A model generated the notes under the pieces. The model was not told where the DNA came from. It did no database searches and saw nothing but the letters and a program-made list of their open reading frames with translations. A stretch of DNA of 64,000 nt from Gemmatimonadota bacterium. Lineage in GTDB: Bacteria; Gemmatimonadota; Gemmatimonadetes; Gemmatimonadales; GWC2-71-9. Positions 1 through 8,832 of this stretch are shown here, piece after piece. The stretch lies in the NCBI GenBank assembly GCA_003222155.1, contig QHUU01000054.1:65612-129611 (forward strand), read 5' to 3'. The position numbers and the translations under genes were made by a program. Positions within the stretch are counted from its first letter, which is position 1, and each line of letters starts with the position of its first letter.

Positions 1-1
1 C

Positions 2-181
2 GAGCCGCTCGAGATCGGGTTCAACGCGACGTACCTGCTCGAGATCCTCAAGTACATGCCCACCGACGAAGTGCGGATCACCTTCAAGGCCCCCGAGCGC
101 GCGGCGACGGTGGAGCCAGTGGGATGGGACGATCCGGCGAGCTACATGGCGCTGGTGATGCCCCTAAGGCTGGTAGACTGA
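2..181 (+). CDS. dnaN: DNA polymerase III beta sliding clamp, C-terminal fragment (5' end outside window)
   Basis: Frame open from the window edge reads EIGFNATYLLEILKYM...SYMALVMPLRLVD*, the conserved DnaN C-terminus. TGA at 179-181. Confidence 0.85.
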   Translation, partial: EPLEIGFNATYLLEILKYMPTDEVRITFKAPERAATVEPVGWDDPASYMALVMPLRLVD

Positions 182-213
182 CAGTTGCACAGACGGACCG
201 GACAGGCAACGAC

Positions 214-310
214 CAGACGCACAGACGCACAGCGGTGAACAGGTAGGTAGTGATCAGGGCAAGCTGTCCCGGCCACTGTCCTCTGTTCTCCCCTGTGCGT
301 CTGTGCGTCT
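214..310. repeat. Inverted repeat built from tandem octamers (CAGACGCA x2 / TGCGTCTG x2) with a 60-nt loop, between convergent dnaN and mtgA
   Basis: 214-232 CAGACGCACAGACGCACAG. 293-310 CTGTGCGTCTGTGCGTCT is its reverse complement over 18 nt. The right arm lies inside the last codons of the mtgA ORF. Confidence 0.8.
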
Positions 311-1168
311 AGCTGTGAGACTGTCCTGCGTGCTGTCCACTGGGAGGGGGACGGCGACCTCCAGCGATTCGAGCGCGGGCGGGATCACGGGCGCTGGCAG
401 GGGCATCAGGAGCGAGTCTGTTTCCTCTTCCGGTGGGACATACACGTCCACTCCCCGGTACCTCGCCAGGATGAGGTTGCGGCGCTCGAGCGTGCGCTCC
501 GGGCGAAACGTCGGGTTGGACGTGCGGGGATGCGGCAGTGTCGCCGCCAGCTCGGCTGCCTGCTCCTCGTTGAGCCGCGCCGCCGGCACCCCGAAGTAGG
601 CGCGGCTCGCGGCGTCGACTCCCCAGATCCCCGGACCCCACTCTGCCACATTGAGGTACAGCTCGAGGATCCGATCCTTCGACAGCGCCAGCTCGAGCCG
701 CAGGGCCGTCACCGCTTCCTTCACCTTGCGGAGCGGGTTGCGCGACGAGGAGAGATACAGGTTCTTCGCGAGCTGCTGGGTGATCGTGCTCGCACCCCGC
801 ACCCTGTCGCGCTGCCGCCACGCAGCGACGAGCGCGCGCGGCAAGCCGCGACCGCCGCTCCGATCTGCGCCCAGCGCATCGGCGATCTCGCTGGGGTCGA
901 TGCCGTGATGCGTTCGGAAGCGCGAGTCTTCGCCGATGATCACCATGCGCTGGAGCACGGGAGCGATGTTCTTCAGGGCGGTCGGGCGGGCGGGCGGACA
1001 GACGGACAGCGACCGGCAGTCCGCCATTTCGCGCATCATCGCCGTCGCCCGGGGCGAGTGATCGCGCCACCACAGCGGCGGGGGCCACACGCCGAGCGCC
1101 CAGGCGAGGGCGAAGGCGGCGGTCCCTAGCGCCCAGCGACGTGCGTTCCTAGGTTTCGCGTCCGCCAT
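254..1168 (-). CDS. mtgA: Monofunctional peptidoglycan glycosyltransferase (GT51 transglycosylase)
   Basis: GT51 motifs IIGEDSRFRTHHGID, GASTITQQLAKNLYL, RKVKEA...LSKDRILELYLN. N-terminal TM segment WALGTAAFALAWALGVW. ATG chosen at 1168; the track ORF extends to 1405. Confidence 0.85.
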   Translation of the reverse strand: MADAKPRNARRWALGTAAFALAWALGVWPPPLWWRDHSPRATAMMREMADCRSLSVCPPARPTALKNIAPVLQRMVIIGEDSRFRTHHGIDPSEIADALGADRSGGRGLPRALVAAWRQRDRVRGASTITQQLAKNLYLSSSRNPLRKVKEAVTALRLELALSKDRILELYLNVAEWGPGIWGVDAASRAYFGVPAARLNEEQAAELAATLPHPRTSNPTFRPERTLERRNLILARYRGVDVYVPPEEETDSLLMPLPAPVIPPALESLEVAVPLPVDSTQDSLTARRTDAQGRTEDSGRDSLP

Positions 1169-2501
1169 GTCGCTCGATCTCGCCACGCTGCGTCGCCGCC
1201 TCCAAAAAGCGCTCGGCAAGGAATTTACCGTCGGGGATCTGCTCGGCGAAGGCGGCTTCGCCGCCGTGTTCCGCGTGCGCGACAAGGCGCAGGACCGGGA
1301 CGTCGCGGTGAAGGTGCTGGACCTGGGCTTGACGCCGTCGCCCGGGCTGGCGGAGCGGTTCGTGCGCGAGGCGCGCACCAGCGGGCAGCTCGAACACCCG
1401 CACATCGTGCCGATCTACAAGGTCGGCGGCTACAAGAACGAAGTCCTCTACATCGTCATGCGCTGCGTCGACGGCCCGTCGGTGCGGCAGCTGCTCGAGC
1501 GGGATCAGCGGCTCTCCGTGGTCGACGCCGCCCGCATCGCGCGCCAGGTCGCGGACGCCCTGGCCTACGCGCACGGGCGGGGTATCGTGCACCGCGACGT
1601 GAAGCCCGACAACATGCTGCTCGACGGCTCCGGTCACGTGCTCGTCACCGACTTCGGAATCGCCAAGGCAGCGCAAGAAGCCTCGGTCAGCCAGCTCACG
1701 ACCGAGGGCATGGTGGTCGGGACGCCGCACTACATGAGCCCCGAGCAGGCGACGGGCGAGCGGGTGGACGGGCGCTCGGACATCTACGCCCTCGGCGTGG
1801 TGCTGTACCAGATGCTCGCCGGCACGCCCCCGTTCGAGGGTGAATCGGCCCAATCGGTGCTCATGAAGCAGGCGACGGTGGACCCGGTGCCGATCCGCGA
1901 GCTGCGCGGCGACGTGCCGGCGGCCCTCGCCGGCGTGATCGAGCGGATGCTCGCCAAGGATCCGGCCGACCGCTACCAGACGGCGGAGGAGCTGAGCCGG
2001 GCGCTGATCGCCGCGCTGCCCGGCGCCGCGCACGACGGTCTGCACACGGGACGCGGCATCGCGGCCCGAATGGTGCGGGCGCTCGTAGGTCTGGCAGCGC
2101 TGGCCGGTCTCGGGCTCGTGGCGTTAGCCGTTCTCTCGGGGGCGCCCCGCCTCTCCGTCAGCAGTCCGGTGCCCGACAGCGTGACCCAGACGCTGCGGCG
2201 CCAGCGGGCCCTACCGCCCGGGGACGTGGCGCTGTACGTGTTCGCGCCGCGCGGCGCCGAGGACACGACCGTGCTGCTCGTGGCGCGCCGGGTCGTGAGC
2301 ATCGTGACGCCGCACCGTGTGCGGGTGTATGCCCGGGATAGCGTGCGCGCGCGCTACCGGCTGAGCCTGCGCGGCGGGCTCGCGTTCCGGATGATCCTCA
2401 GCGTGCAGGGGGTGCGGGAGGACACGGCGTTTCGCAGCCTCTCGATCCGCGCCGTGTACGAGATGACGCCACGCTTGCGGCAGCTCCGGGTCAGTCCCTG
2501 A
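1167..2501 (+). CDS. Hanks-type Ser/Thr protein kinase with a C-terminal TM/extracytoplasmic region
   Basis: HRDVKPDNMLL, DFGIAKA, GTPHYMSPEQ, followed by a hydrophobic segment LVGLAALAGLGLVALAVL. Confidence 0.9.
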   Translation: MSLDLATLRRRLQKALGKEFTVGDLLGEGGFAAVFRVRDKAQDRDVAVKVLDLGLTPSPGLAERFVREARTSGQLEHPHIVPIYKVGGYKNEVLYIVMRCVDGPSVRQLLERDQRLSVVDAARIARQVADALAYAHGRGIVHRDVKPDNMLLDGSGHVLVTDFGIAKAAQEASVSQLTTEGMVVGTPHYMSPEQATGERVDGRSDIYALGVVLYQMLAGTPPFEGESAQSVLMKQATVDPVPIRELRGDVPAALAGVIERMLAKDPADRYQTAEELSRALIAALPGAAHDGLHTGRGIAARMVRALVGLAALAGLGLVALAVLSGAPRLSVSSPVPDSVTQTLRRQRALPPGDVALYVFAPRGAEDTTVLLVARRVVSIVTPHRVRVYARDSVRARYRLSLRGGLAFRMILSVQGVREDTAFRSLSIRAVYEMTPRLRQLRVSP

Positions 2502-3354
2502 CGGCCCTGGTGCGGGTGAAGCGCCGGGTGGAGACGCCGTACAAGTCCAGCGCGTCGATCCGGTCGGCGTCACCGGGCGCCGTGGCCACGATGCCGCCGA
2601 GGTCCTGCGATCCAAGCGAGACCCCCAAGGCGAGTCCGGCGCGCCTGAGCGCGCGGTCGGTGTCGAGGCGGACGAGCAGTCCCACGGGGGCACGCGTCGT
2701 TGCCCCGAGGCCGGACCGCAGGCCGAATGCATAACCGAGCACGCCCCCCGACGTGAACCGGCCGTCGGCCGAGACCGCCGCGCGCGCATCGAACAGGCGC
2801 AGCGTCGCGCTCGGCACGTAGGTGACGGGGAGCGTGGTGCCCCGCACACTGGGGCGCCCGACGTTCTCGATCACTCCGCCCAGGGACAGCGACGGCCTCC
2901 AGTCGTACAGGATCCCCAGGTCCCAGCCGCTGCTCGACGTACCGCCGCGGTACAGCGCAGTGGCGAACCCGGCCGCGAGTCCCGCGCGTCCTACGGCGTA
3001 GCCGATGCGATACGTGTGGCCCCGCGCCCCGGCGTCGAACACATCGCGCTGATAGCCGAACGACAACCCGCGTGAGCTCAGTCCGAGCGTGAGCTGTCGC
3101 AGCCGGCCGGCCGCTCCGGGCTCCCCCACCGTGAGGTCGAGATGGAGCGAGGCCTCCTCGAAGCGCCCGGACCCGGCGGGGTTCACCCACAGCGCGCGCG
3201 CATCGGTCACGTCGCTCGGATACAGGTAGAGCGCGGCCCGATTCGGCACCACTTGCGCCCCGACGATGGCGGGAACCACGAGCTGCAGCAGCGACAGTCC
3301 GACCATCCGCCGGCGATCGCGGCGGAGCCCTGTGAGGTCCGCCGGGCCGCCCAC
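2491..3354 (-). CDS. Hypothetical outer-membrane beta-barrel-like protein
   Basis: Signal-like N-terminus MVGLSLLQLVVPAIVGAQ. Alternating Gly/aromatic beta-strand pattern and an NPAGSG motif. The GTG start overlaps the upstream TAG by 1 nt; an alternative ATG is at 3306. Confidence 0.55.
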   Translation of the reverse strand: MGGPADLTGLRRDRRRMVGLSLLQLVVPAIVGAQVVPNRAALYLYPSDVTDARALWVNPAGSGRFEEASLHLDLTVGEPGAAGRLRQLTLGLSSRGLSFGYQRDVFDAGARGHTYRIGYAVGRAGLAAGFATALYRGGTSSSGWDLGILYDWRPSLSLGGVIENVGRPSVRGTTLPVTYVPSATLRLFDARAAVSADGRFTSGGVLGYAFGLRSGLGATTRAPVGLLVRLDTDRALRRAGLALGVSLGSQDLGGIVATAPGDADRIDALDLYGVSTRRFTRTRAVRD

Positions 3355-4235
3355 TACGGCAGCACCGAGACCGCGGTCTGGGCGACCTGGATCACGGGCA
3401 CCGAGACTCCCTGCACCGGCAGGCGGATGGTGAGGGCCGTCGAATCACGCACCTCGCCGGCCAGGTAGCGGCCGTCGGCGGCGAGGAAGGCGCTCCCGGT
3501 GGCAGTCCCGTCGCCGGACAGCTCGTAGGGCTGGCCCGCGTTCTTTCCACTCCCCGTGACGTGGTAGGTCTGGCTGGTCTCCACGCGCAGACCGGACACG
3601 CCCGCGCGCTCCCACGGCGTCGCCGTCGCGTGTATGGTCGCGCGCCGGGAGCTCGTGGCGTCGCTGCCCTTTTGCGTGGTCTCCACCGTGTCCGTCCACG
3701 CCGCGCCAGGCTTGATCCCGTCCGCCGGGAGACGCGGCAGGAAATCCCGGAAGTTGCCGAGCAGTTGGGCTACGGATTGGGCGAGCGCACTGTCGGACGG
3801 CACGACGTTCACGAACTCACCGCGCCGCGCCACGCGACCCGCGAACACCAGCTTCCGCACCTTGACGATGTTGTCCGCGATGGGCGCGGGCGTGCCGGAG
3901 TCGGCCACGATCGAATCGATGCTGAAGGTCGTCGGGTACCCGACGCTGTCCGCGGGGCCGGTGATCGCCATGGTGACGAAGATCCGGGCGCCGAGGCTCT
4001 GCGCTTGCACCTGGTCGCCCAAGGTCTGCCGGATGTGCAGCTGCCGATGGAGCAGATACCGGAGCGCGCCCGGCCCGTAGCGCACGCTCGCGAGCGCAGC
4101 GCCGGGCGGCGGCGATGGGGGCGTCGTGGGGGGCTGGGCCGGCGCCGCAGGCGGTGTGGCCGCCACCGTTCCGGCCCGGCCCGAGGCGCAACCGCCGACG
4201 AGCGCGATGACCACGAGCAACAGCCGGGGCGTCAT
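3354..4235 (-). CDS. Hypothetical lipoprotein
   Basis: Lipobox MTPRLLLVVIALVGGC followed by a Pro-rich linker. GC3-rich frame. ATGA overlap with the upstream small ORF. Confidence 0.6.
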   Translation of the reverse strand: MTPRLLLVVIALVGGCASGRAGTVAATPPAAPAQPPTTPPSPPPGAALASVRYGPGALRYLLHRQLHIRQTLGDQVQAQSLGARIFVTMAITGPADSVGYPTTFSIDSIVADSGTPAPIADNIVKVRKLVFAGRVARRGEFVNVVPSDSALAQSVAQLLGNFRDFLPRLPADGIKPGAAWTDTVETTQKGSDATSSRRATIHATATPWERAGVSGLRVETSQTYHVTGSGKNAGQPYELSGDGTATGSAFLAADGRYLAGEVRDSTALTIRLPVQGVSVPVIQVAQTAVSVLP

Positions 4236-4441
4236 GGCGAGGCGCGCTCGCCCTTGGTGCGGCCGAACACCGCGACCATCTCGCTGCCTTCACTCGCGAC
4301 GCGTAGCAGCTTCCACCCGCGTTTGCGCATGTCGGCGCGCCATCCGATGAGCTTCTCCCACTCCTCCGCGGTCGTCCGGAACACGCGCAGGTCCGCCACC
4401 TGCTCCCACTGCGCCGGGTAGGGCCTCGAGGGCGAAGTCAT
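4232..4441 (-). CDS. Small hypothetical protein (69 aa), loosely DUF4177-like
   Basis: ATG at 4441. GC3-rich codons throughout. Stop overlaps the lipoprotein ATG (ATGA at 4232-4235). The C-terminal GWKLLRV...MVAVFGRTK resembles DUF4177, from memory only. Confidence 0.5.
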   Translation of the reverse strand: MTSPSRPYPAQWEQVADLRVFRTTAEEWEKLIGWRADMRKRGWKLLRVASEGSEMVAVFGRTKGERASP

Positions 4442-4448
4442 AGGGAGG

Positions 4449-4820
4449 AGGGCGGTAGGGCCATAAGCCGAGTTCTGTTTGCCCGCCGTAGCGGGGCAGA
4501 TGGTCATCTCTCTGGGGCGGCTGTCGCCAGCCACCTCACGCGGCCTACCCGCAGCTCAAGCGACCCGGGCCGGGTCTGGCTGCTTACTTGGCCTTGCTCC
4601 GACTGGGGGTTACCGTGCCACGCCTGTTGCCAGGCGCGCGGTGGGCTCTTACCCCACCGTTTCACCCTTACCCTTGGATAAAGGGCGGTCTGTTCTCTGT
4701 GGCCCTTTCCGTCGCCTCGCGGCGCCCAGGAGTTACCTGGCAGTCTGCCCTGTGGAGCTCGGACTTTCCTCGGCACGCCACTCCAGCCGGCATGCCGCGA
4801 CCATCACGCCCTACCGCCAC
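4449..4820 (-). ncRNA. rnpB: RNase P RNA, bacterial type A
   Basis: The minus strand contains GAGGAAAGTCCGAGCTCCACAGGGCAG, ACAGAGAACAGACCGCC, GGTAAGGGTGAAACGGTGGGGTAAGAGCCCACCGCGCG, GGAGCAAGGCCAAGTAAGC and ACAGAACTCGGCTTATGG. P1 pairs GGCGGTAGGGC (5') with GCCCTACCGCC (3'). Ends are approximate, +/-5 nt. Confidence 0.93.
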
Positions 4821-4860
4821 CCAGCACCTAAGCTACGGGCTCTGGAAGGGTCGGGGCAAG

Positions 4861-4933
4861 GCTAGCCCCGTTCCGACACCTGGTGCCGCTTTGCGCTCGA
4901 CGTGGGGGCGGGATACGTCGGAACGGGGCTAGC
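4861..4933 (-). terminator. 17-bp perfect hairpin (39-nt loop) at the stop codon of the upstream lipoprotein gene, ahead of rnpB
   Basis: 4861-4877 GCTAGCCCCGTTCCGAC and 4917-4933 GTCGGAACGGGGCTAGC are exact reverse complements. The TAG of the 671-aa ORF (4929-4931) lies in one arm. No clear U-tract. Confidence 0.45.
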
Positions 4934-6944
4934 GGGCCAGCCGCCGCAGCAGGCGGCCCAAGCTGTCGAGCGACACGCGCTTGCCGAGGCTGGGCGTCTC
5001 GTCGGCGTCGAGCCAGAAGCCGTCGTTCTCCTCGAACACCAGGCGCTTCAGGCTGGTCCAGTCGCGGGCAGCCAGGGAGGTGGGAGGCAGGGCCACTGCG
5101 TGGGCGAGGTTCAGGCCGCCGGCGCGGTACAGCGACAGCAGCTCACGCGTGCGCAGCTCGGGCGTGAACAGCAGGAGCGGCCGATCGGGCAGCCCGAACC
5201 CGCGCAACAGGCCCAGCGTGAACCAGTCGGCCGGCGGCTGCGGCAGCCGGAACGCGAAATAGACATCCCGCCGCTGCTTCAAGATGCGGTCGCGCAAGGC
5301 GGCTGCCCGCGCGGCGACCTCGTCCTCGAGAGCGCGGTAGTAGCGCGACAGCAGTCCGGCGTCCCGCAGCGCCGCGTAGCGGGCCCCGGGGCGAAGCGAA
5401 TCCAGCTTCGCCCCGGGGCCGAAGCCCGCGATCCCGCGCCGCCACGCCGCGTCGCAGAACTCCTGGCCCATCGAGTAGCCGCGCGGGCCGTCGATGTCCA
5501 GGCCGAGGGCGATGACCAGGGTGCGCTGCTCCGCGGCCAGCCGGCCGAGCGCACCGTACGCGCCGGGGAGCCCCTCCGCCCAGAGCGCCGAATCGAGTGC
5601 GCACGGCGCGGCGAGCCCCTCGCCCCGTGCCCCACGTGAGGAGTCGGCGGGAGTGCGGCGTGCGTGCCCGTAATCGAGCACGGGAATCCACGCGACGCTG
5701 GTCGGCTCCAGCCGGCCCACGGCGGCGGCCCAGGCGCGCCGCACGGCGTCGCGCTCCTCCCAGCGCGCGTGCAGCGAGTCCGCCCCCGCCGGGTCGGCGT
5801 CGCCGCCCAGGAGATTGAACCCGCCGACGTCGAGCAGCGTGACGAGCGAATCGAGCGAGGCCCCCGGCCGCACGACGTGGTGCCCGTCGCGCGCGGGAAG
5901 GAGCGGTGCCCAGAGGACGCGCATCCCCTGCTGGCGCAGCCACTCGGGAACGCTGGTTGCACGGTCGAGTCTGGGATCGGCGATGAGCGGAAGGGAGATC
6001 GTATCCACACCGACCGGCGGCACGAGTGGCGGGGGGACGAGCTCCACCGGGATGGGCGCCTGCTGCAGCGCGACCGGCACGCCGCGCGCCGCGGGGGGCA
6101 CGTGCGCCCACTCCGCAGGCCGGCGCGTCCAGCGTGCCAGCGCGCTGAGGAACCCCCGGGTTCGTTCGAGGGCGTCGGGCTGCTGGAGCGGGGCGGTTGT
6201 CGGCCGGAACTGCGGCCCGAGGGCACCGAGGGCGTGGCGGCTGATGACGAGTACCAGCCCGTCCCCGACGCGCGCTGCGGCCACGACGCCCGCGGCCCCG
6301 CGCGGCGATGGTGGGGCGCGGGAGGGGCGCGGCGCGCGCACGAAGGCATGGCGTGACGTCACGGCGAGGAGCGCCGCATGATCCCGCACCGCGACGACGT
6401 TATTCCGGTCGAGCGGGAAGGCCTCGTACACTTCGCCGAGCGGCGAGCCGAGCGGCTCGTCGCCGACGGTGCGCGCCTCCACCCAGGGTTGCGGCCGGCC
6501 GGTGGTCGTCAGGGCCCGGGCGGTCGTGTCTTCCAGCAGCCGGTCGCCGATCGAGATCCCCGTCCCCAAGAATTCGAGCCAGCGGTTGGCGGTCCAGCGG
6601 TCGAGGTACCCTTCGCCGTCGGCATCATAGCCCAGCACGGCCACGCCGCCACGCATCACCCACTCGGTGAGCAGCGCGAGGTCTCCGGCCGTGAGGGCGT
6701 CCGACGGCGCCTCGGGCTCGCGGCCGAGCAGGAACAGGAGCACCCGGTAGCGGTCGAGATCGGCGCGCGCCAGGTGCGGATAGAAACGGCGGTATTCGAC
6801 CTTGTACCCTTCGTCGCGCCACGGCCGCACCGTGCCGTTCAGCAGGGCGGGCTCCGACAGGGCGAGATCGAGCACCAGGAGCCGCCGCGCCTGGGGTTGG
6901 CAGGCGGACAGGAGGAGCACGATGGTGACACAGCCGGACCGCAT
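4929..6944 (-). CDS. Large hypothetical lipoprotein (671 aa)
   Basis: Lipobox VTIVLLLSAC. Long GC3-rich frame. No family recognised by eye. Confidence 0.7.
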   Translation of the reverse strand: MRSGCVTIVLLLSACQPQARRLLVLDLALSEPALLNGTVRPWRDEGYKVEYRRFYPHLARADLDRYRVLLFLLGREPEAPSDALTAGDLALLTEWVMRGGVAVLGYDADGEGYLDRWTANRWLEFLGTGISIGDRLLEDTTARALTTTGRPQPWVEARTVGDEPLGSPLGEVYEAFPLDRNNVVAVRDHAALLAVTSRHAFVRAPRPSRAPPSPRGAAGVVAAARVGDGLVLVISRHALGALGPQFRPTTAPLQQPDALERTRGFLSALARWTRRPAEWAHVPPAARGVPVALQQAPIPVELVPPPLVPPVGVDTISLPLIADPRLDRATSVPEWLRQQGMRVLWAPLLPARDGHHVVRPGASLDSLVTLLDVGGFNLLGGDADPAGADSLHARWEERDAVRRAWAAAVGRLEPTSVAWIPVLDYGHARRTPADSSRGARGEGLAAPCALDSALWAEGLPGAYGALGRLAAEQRTLVIALGLDIDGPRGYSMGQEFCDAAWRRGIAGFGPGAKLDSLRPGARYAALRDAGLLSRYYRALEDEVAARAAALRDRILKQRRDVYFAFRLPQPPADWFTLGLLRGFGLPDRPLLLFTPELRTRELLSLYRAGGLNLAHAVALPPTSLAARDWTSLKRLVFEENDGFWLDADETPSLGKRVSLDSLGRLLRRLAR

Positions 6945-6983
6945 CGCGTCAGTGTAGCGGGCGCGGCGCGCCCGGGCCAGCCG

Positions 6984-7832
6984 TCACCCGATGGCGACGA
7001 ATGGGGCCAGCGCGTCGCGCATGTCGCGGGCCCGTTGCCAGCGCTCGGCACGCGGCTTCACGAGTGCGCGCGCCAGGGCGGCGGCGAGCTCCTTGGGCAC
7101 GTCACGCCGGATGCTGCGCAGGTCGGGCGCGGGCCGGTGCTGATGCATGTCCAGCACGGCCGCGGCACTGGGGGAAGAGAATGGCGGCCGGCCCGCCAGG
7201 CACTCGAACAGCACCACGCCGAGCGAATACAGGTCGGTGCGTCCGTCCACGTCGGGGGCGCCCTCCGCCTGCTCCGGGCTCATGTATTCCTCCGTGCCGA
7301 CCACGAATCCGCTCCGGGTCACACGATCGTCGCCCGAGCGCGCGATCGCGCGCGCGATCCCCAGGTCGACGAGAACCGCGCCAGTGGGCGAGAGCACGAT
7401 GTTGTCGGGCTTGATGTCGCGGTGCGCGATGCCGTGCGCGTGCGCGTGCTCGAGCGCGCTCAGCACTTCCACGGCGACCCGCCCCACGTCCGGGACACGG
7501 AGCCGGGGCTCGCGGCGCAGCGCCTGACGCAGATTGTCGCCAGGCACGTACGGCATCACGTACCAGAGGAGATAGTCCGCCTCTCCGCTGTCGATCACGC
7601 GGGCGATGTGCGGGTGGTTGAGCTGCGACGCGTAGCGGATTTCACGCAGGAAGCGGTCCGCGGCGACCGAGATGGTCAGCTCGGGATGCAGCACTTTGAT
7701 GGCCACGTCGGCGCCGCTCGCATCCCGACCCGAGAAGATGCACGCGTTACCGCCCCGGCCCACTGCTGCGATCACGGTGTAGCGATCGCACAGGGCCTTG
7801 CGGACCCGCTCAATCAGGTCACGTCCCGGCAT
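6984..7832 (-). CDS. Ser/Thr protein kinase, catalytic domain only (282 aa)
   Basis: HRDIKPDNIVL, DLGIARA, GTEEYMSPEQ. Lies 39 nt upstream of the 671-aa lipoprotein gene. Confidence 0.9.
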   Translation of the reverse strand: MPGRDLIERVRKALCDRYTVIAAVGRGGNACIFSGRDASGADVAIKVLHPELTISVAADRFLREIRYASQLNHPHIARVIDSGEADYLLWYVMPYVPGDNLRQALRREPRLRVPDVGRVAVEVLSALEHAHAHGIAHRDIKPDNIVLSPTGAVLVDLGIARAIARSGDDRVTRSGFVVGTEEYMSPEQAEGAPDVDGRTDLYSLGVVLFECLAGRPPFSSPSAAAVLDMHQHRPAPDLRSIRRDVPKELAAALARALVKPRAERWQRARDMRDALAPFVAIG

Positions 7833-7929
7833 TGACGTACCGTCCCCGTTCCCCCCGACGCCGCGCGCACCGGCTGTGGGTACGAACTAACAATACCGGC
7901 CCTGGCGGTGCGCGCTAGATTGCCCCCGC

Positions 7930-8436
7930 ATGCCGAGGCTCGAGGCGTTCCAGGGGGACATCACGCAACAGGCGGTGGACGCGATCGTCAACGCCGCGAA
8001 CACCACCCTGCTGGGCGGTGGCGGCGTGGATGGTGCGATTCACCGCGCCGCGGGGCCCGAGCTCCTGGAGGAATGCCGCCAGATCGGTGGCTGCCCGACC
8101 GGGGAGGCGCGGATCACGCGGGGGTACCGGCTGCCCGCGCGCTACGTGATCCACACCGTTGGGCCCGTCTGGAGCGGCGGCGGGCGCGGTGAGCCGGAGC
8201 TGCTGCGCGGTTGTTATGAGAACGCCCTCCGGCTCGCCCGCGGGCACGGCGTTGCGTCGGTCGCCTTCCCGTCCATCAGCACGGGCGCCTATCGCTATCC
8301 CATCGAGCAGGCGGCGAGCGTAGCCGTGGAGGCAGTGCGTCGGGAGCTGCGCGAGCCGGGTCCGGTCGAGCTCGTGCGGTTCGTGTGCTTCAGCGCGGGG
8401 GACCTGCAAGTGTATCGGCGACTCCTAGGCGCTTGA
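7930..8436 (+). CDS. Macro-domain protein (O-acetyl-ADP-ribose deacetylase-like)
   Basis: [34 protein letters not shown] and [13 protein letters not shown]. Confidence 0.9.
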   Translation: MPRLEAFQGDITQQAVDAIVNAANTTLLGGGGVDGAIHRAAGPELLEECRQIGGCPTGEARITRGYRLPARYVIHTVGPVWSGGGRGEPELLRGCYENALRLARGHGVASVAFPSISTGAYRYPIEQAASVAVEAVRRELREPGPVELVRFVCFSAGDLQVYRRLLGA

Positions 8437-8815
8437 GCGCTGTGCGCGCGGCGGCGGCGTAGGGCGCCCACTCGGCCCCCGCCCCTTCCCCGACGGATGC
8501 GACGAACCGGTAGGTCGTGATGGCCGTGGCGCGGTCGCCTGCACGCTCGGCGTCGTCCGCCCGCTTGAGCAGCTTGTCGAGCGTGGTCGGATCACGGTAG
8601 ACGGCGCCCGGGTCGCGCCGCAGGTGCGACGCGAAGCGCACGAACCACCACCCGCTGCCGGCCACCAGGGCGAGGGTGACGCTGGCGAGCAGCAGGGCCA
8701 CGCGGCGCGCGCGGCGCGGACCCGCCCGTTGACCGAGGGTTGAGGGGGCGCCGTCTGCAGGGGGAGGCGTGGCCCCCTGCCCCGGCCCCGCTTGAGCCGA
8801 CGTTGACCGGTCCAT
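8390..8815 (-). CDS. Hypothetical membrane-anchored protein
   Basis: One TM segment, [23 protein letters not shown]3-rich frame. The 3' end overlaps the macro gene by 47 nt (convergent). Confidence 0.5.
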   Translation of the reverse strand: MDRSTSAQAGPGQGATPPPADGAPSTLGQRAGPRRARRVALLLASVTLALVAGSGWWFVRFASHLRRDPGAVYRDPTTLDKLLKRADDAERAGDRATAITTYRFVASVGEGAGAEWAPYAAAARTALKRLGVADTLAGPPR

Positions 8816-8832
8816 GTTAGCGTCGTACCCGC

